A stretch of 64,000 nucleotides of DNA from Promethearchaeota archaeon (GTDB taxonomy: Archaea > Asgardarchaeota > Lokiarchaeia > Sigyniarchaeales > SOKP01): assembly GCA_019057795.1 (NCBI GenBank), contig JAHLWS010000082.1, forward strand, positions 64,001-128,000, given 5' to 3'. Position numbers and translations under genes: made by a program. Shown one piece after another: positions 61,478 through 64,000 of this stretch. The notes under the pieces were generated by a model that searched no databases, had not been told where the DNA came from, and was given only the letters and a program-made list of their open reading frames with translations. Numbering within the stretch: position 1 is the stretch's first letter; each line of letters starts with the position of its first letter.

Positions 61478-61505
61478 AATTTATATGATAACCACTCTTT
61501 CACGA
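61478..61505. other. attR-like recombination site
   Basis: AATTTATATGATAA-CCACTC-TTTCACGA (element arm, 6 bp core, host arm). Confidence 0.8.
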
Positions 61506-61535
61506 ACTTAGATCATATATTAAAAATATTTTAGT

Positions 61536-62549
61536 TTAGTCGAAATACGTCTTTACAGCGTGTACAAAAGATTTTATGTTTTTTATAGGTGTGTCTCCAG
61601 TAATTTCACATCCTGGTGCGACTATAAAGCGTGGATCACCTCTACTTGCATTTAAAGCTGCGTGAACTGCTACTTCAATTTCTTTTGGTGTGCCAGATGG
61701 AAGTAATTTAACATGATCAATATTTCCAGCCACACCTATCTTATGATCAAACAATTCTTGGGTTTTAGTAATGTCAACATATGGTCCAATGCTCAATGTA
61801 TTTAACCTATCAATTTTTTTAAGATAAGGCGCAACAACATTTAGATGTGACGTTATCTTTCCACACATATGAAGGATATTATAGTCATACACATTAAGGA
61901 TCTCAGGTAGATAATCTATACTGAATTCTTTTACATGAGTAGGTCTCAACATCTGAAGATCATGTTCACAGATTACAAAGATTGTTGCTCCAGCTTCTTT
62001 CAAAACAGAAATGTACTCCTTAATTATTTCAATAGTTCGTTTGACTATTTGGTGTACAAAATTAGGGTTTTTTACTAGCCTTCTTATCAAAGCTTTATAA
62101 GGCATTAGCTGTAAGCTAAAAGTTATTGGTCCCGTCATGAAAGCTGCTACAGGGACATTAGCTTCCTCGGCAAGAATTCGCGTGCCTTCAATCAAAACTC
62201 TTGTACTTTCTGTTAACATGAAATCTGGTATTTCTAATCTTTCTAAATCACTCTCTGATTCAATCACATATTTGGTAATCCAGGGGTTTTTATTAGGCGG
62301 ATAAGTAACTTCTGCCCCACAAGCTTCGGCAACCGGCCAGCTTGGTTCAACCTGAATTGTTGTTATATCATAACCATACAAATCCAATGCTTTTAGGTGA
62401 GCATTTGCAGCTTTTTTCGCATCCTTATACATACTATTATAAGTCAGCCTATTTATGATCCCCGCATGATCCCCGATTTGGGGAAATACTGGTGGTCGAT
62501 CAACTGAACGACCTTTCAAAGCAGCAAAAATACGATCAAATGAATCCAT
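61536..62549 (-). CDS. URO-D family / MtaA-CmuA-like methyltransferase
   Basis: VDRPPV, AEACG, TGP, ILHMCG, AGNID, IVAPGCEI...TP.KN. Confidence 0.85.
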   Translation of the reverse strand: MDSFDRIFAALKGRSVDRPPVFPQIGDHAGIINRLTYNSMYKDAKKAANAHLKALDLYGYDITTIQVEPSWPVAEACGAEVTYPPNKNPWITKYVIESESDLERLEIPDFMLTESTRVLIEGTRILAEEANVPVAAFMTGPITFSLQLMPYKALIRRLVKNPNFVHQIVKRTIEIIKEYISVLKEAGATIFVICEHDLQMLRPTHVKEFSIDYLPEILNVYDYNILHMCGKITSHLNVVAPYLKKIDRLNTLSIGPYVDITKTQELFDHKIGVAGNIDHVKLLPSGTPKEIEVAVHAALNASRGDPRFIVAPGCEITGDTPIKNIKSFVHAVKTYFD

Positions 62550-62658
62550 TATGTATAATATTCACTTTAATTTATAAAAATAAAAATTAGAGACTAAATA
62601 AATCTAATATTTTTAAATAATTAAATATAAAATATTCTGAAGTTTTCTACTTCTGAAG

Positions 62659-63219
62659 ATGCCATTCTTTCAAATAAAATATGACGATGTTTATTTTGAT
62701 CCTAAAGTTCAGGAGATGTGTATTTCACCTAGTTTTAAGTGTCCTTTTTATGAGCATTCGTGGAGTTGTCCTCCAAATTCACCTTATCTTGAAAAAGCTA
62801 TGTCAACTTACACAGAATTTTATTTAATCTACTCTACATTTGATCTAGAAGAATACATAAAGAAAGAAAAGGAAAAGACAAACAGATCAGAATTTTTCAT
62901 TAAAAACACATTTTTGCTCACCAAAAGTTTCGAATTAAATGATTTGGAAACTGAATTCGATAAATTCTTAACCCAATATAATAAAAAGTATAAAAAACGA
63001 CTTCTTTTGTACGATGGGACATGTAAATACTGTAAAATTCAAAACGCGGGAAATTGCACCTTTGATTCTGGCGAACCATGCCGTTTTCCAAGAATGATAA
63101 GATATTCTATGGAAGCTGTAGGGATTGAAGTTATAAGGACAGTACTTGAACTGAATTTGGATGTTAAGTATCCCTCCAATAAATATTCATTTAGATTTGG
63201 CTTAGTTTGCTTTAAATAA
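62659..63219 (+). CDS. DUF2284 predicted metal-binding protein
   Basis: C....CPFY..SWSCPP, G.CKYC...C......CRFP...RYSMEAVGI. Confidence 0.85.
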   Translation: MPFFQIKYDDVYFDPKVQEMCISPSFKCPFYEHSWSCPPNSPYLEKAMSTYTEFYLIYSTFDLEEYIKKEKEKTNRSEFFIKNTFLLTKSFELNDLETEFDKFLTQYNKKYKKRLLLYDGTCKYCKIQNAGNCTFDSGEPCRFPRMIRYSMEAVGIEVIRTVLELNLDVKYPSNKYSFRFGLVCFK

Positions 63220-63242
63220 AAAAAAAAATAAAATTAAAGTAA

Positions 63243-64000
63243 TTAATATTTTCCGTATTCCATTACAGCTTCAGTCATCGCTTTTACGTTTTCTACTTTC
63301 GCGTCGCCCATTCCATTAAATTCGGTTGTTACTATGTAACCCCCGCCAGGTTTGTACTTGTTTATCGTTTCTTTCATGTGATCTTTGACCTGTTGGGGCG
63401 TTCCACTAATGAGAAGTGATGAAAGGATGCCACCAGCGATACAATATTTATCTCCTACAACTTCTTTTACTTTTGATAGGTCTGTTTTATCAAACCAAAG
63501 AATTACTTTCCCTTCCGGAAGTTCCGTAAGAGTGTCTAATAAATGATCCATACGGCCTTGGAAGCATAAAAGAGGCGTAAAATCTGCTTCAATTAATTCG
63601 TTGACAATTCTTTTTATATAAGGGAAATGGAATTCCCTATATTGTTCAGGTGATAAATATGTATTATACCACGTCGGGCAGAACACCCTACGAGAGCCTG
63701 TTGTTTGCTTTGAGATAGCACCTGTCAATTTCCCCACCGCTGCTAGTACGCCAGTTAAGGCATCACAAGCTGCTTTGACTTTCTCGGGCATTCTATAGAG
63801 ATCTAATGTAAGTTTATCAAAATCTCTTAACCATGCTCCAATAAAATCTAATGGATTTGGAGTCAAAGCTAAATACCATGGAAGCCAAGCCTCTTCTTTC
63901 ATTTTCCCAATAAATTCCCCGAAAAAAGCTGGAAATTTAGCAAGTTCTTGACCCATCTTTAATAAAGTACCTACTCCTGTTGGAGAATCTAAATTTGCTA
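63243..64000 (-). CDS. URO-D family methyltransferase-like protein, partial (frame open to window end)
   Basis: DLYRMPEKV, LSPEQYREF, CIAGG, GTPQQVK, PGGGYI, ENVKAM. Confidence 0.85.
   Translation of the reverse strand, partial: ANLDSPTGVGTLLKMGQELAKFPAFFGEFIGKMKEEAWLPWYLALTPNPLDFIGAWLRDFDKLTLDLYRMPEKVKAACDALTGVLAAVGKLTGAISKQTTGSRRVFCPTWYNTYLSPEQYREFHFPYIKRIVNELIEADFTPLLCFQGRMDHLLDTLTELPEGKVILWFDKTDLSKVKEVVGDKYCIAGGILSSLLISGTPQQVKDHMKETINKYKPGGGYIVTTEFNGMGDAKVENVKAMTEAVMEYGKY

Larger units (their letters stand above)
51376..61499. mobile_element. Integrative element / integrated plasmid-like island with tyrosine recombinase (~10.1 kb)
   Basis: Direct repeat AACCACTCTT at 51376-51385 and 61490-61499; integrase next to the right end; content is HTH/RHH and orphan ORFs between housekeeping genes. 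Confidence 0.88.

Noticed and set aside
51376-61499. Provirus
   Set aside because: No recognisable capsid, portal, terminase or packaging ATPase; a highly divergent virus cannot be fully excluded without structure searches

Overview
AT-rich archaeal chromosome segment, almost certainly from an Asgard archaeon (Lokiarchaeia-like). It carries three Rab-like small GTPases, an ESCRT-III protein, a Roadblock-domain protein, an archaeal histone and conserved information-processing clusters (pus10-rpl21e-rpo4-DUF655-ksgA-HemK2; rpoA'-rpoA''-rpl30e-nusA-rps12-rps7; rpl44e-rps27e). Mobile DNA comprises two IS elements with visible terminal inverted repeats and a ~10.1 kb tyrosine-recombinase integrative element (51376-61499) with reconstructable dif-like att sites. 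That element holds a three-gene TIGR04255 cargo cassette, a relic second integrase 3' end and a candidate antisense-RNA control region. The most interesting host-gene observations are: a B-box/coiled-coil/PH/low-complexity/steadiness-box protein converging on an ESCRT-III gene; an RNA polymerase A' subunit with a basic heptad-repeat tail and a small terminal domain also seen in a mobile-element protein; an HTH-ATP-cone-degenerate NrdD fusion; and a chimeric pus10-5'/Roadblock-3' scar suggesting capture of an allelic locus from a related lineage. All family calls come from motif recognition by eye; no database searches were run.
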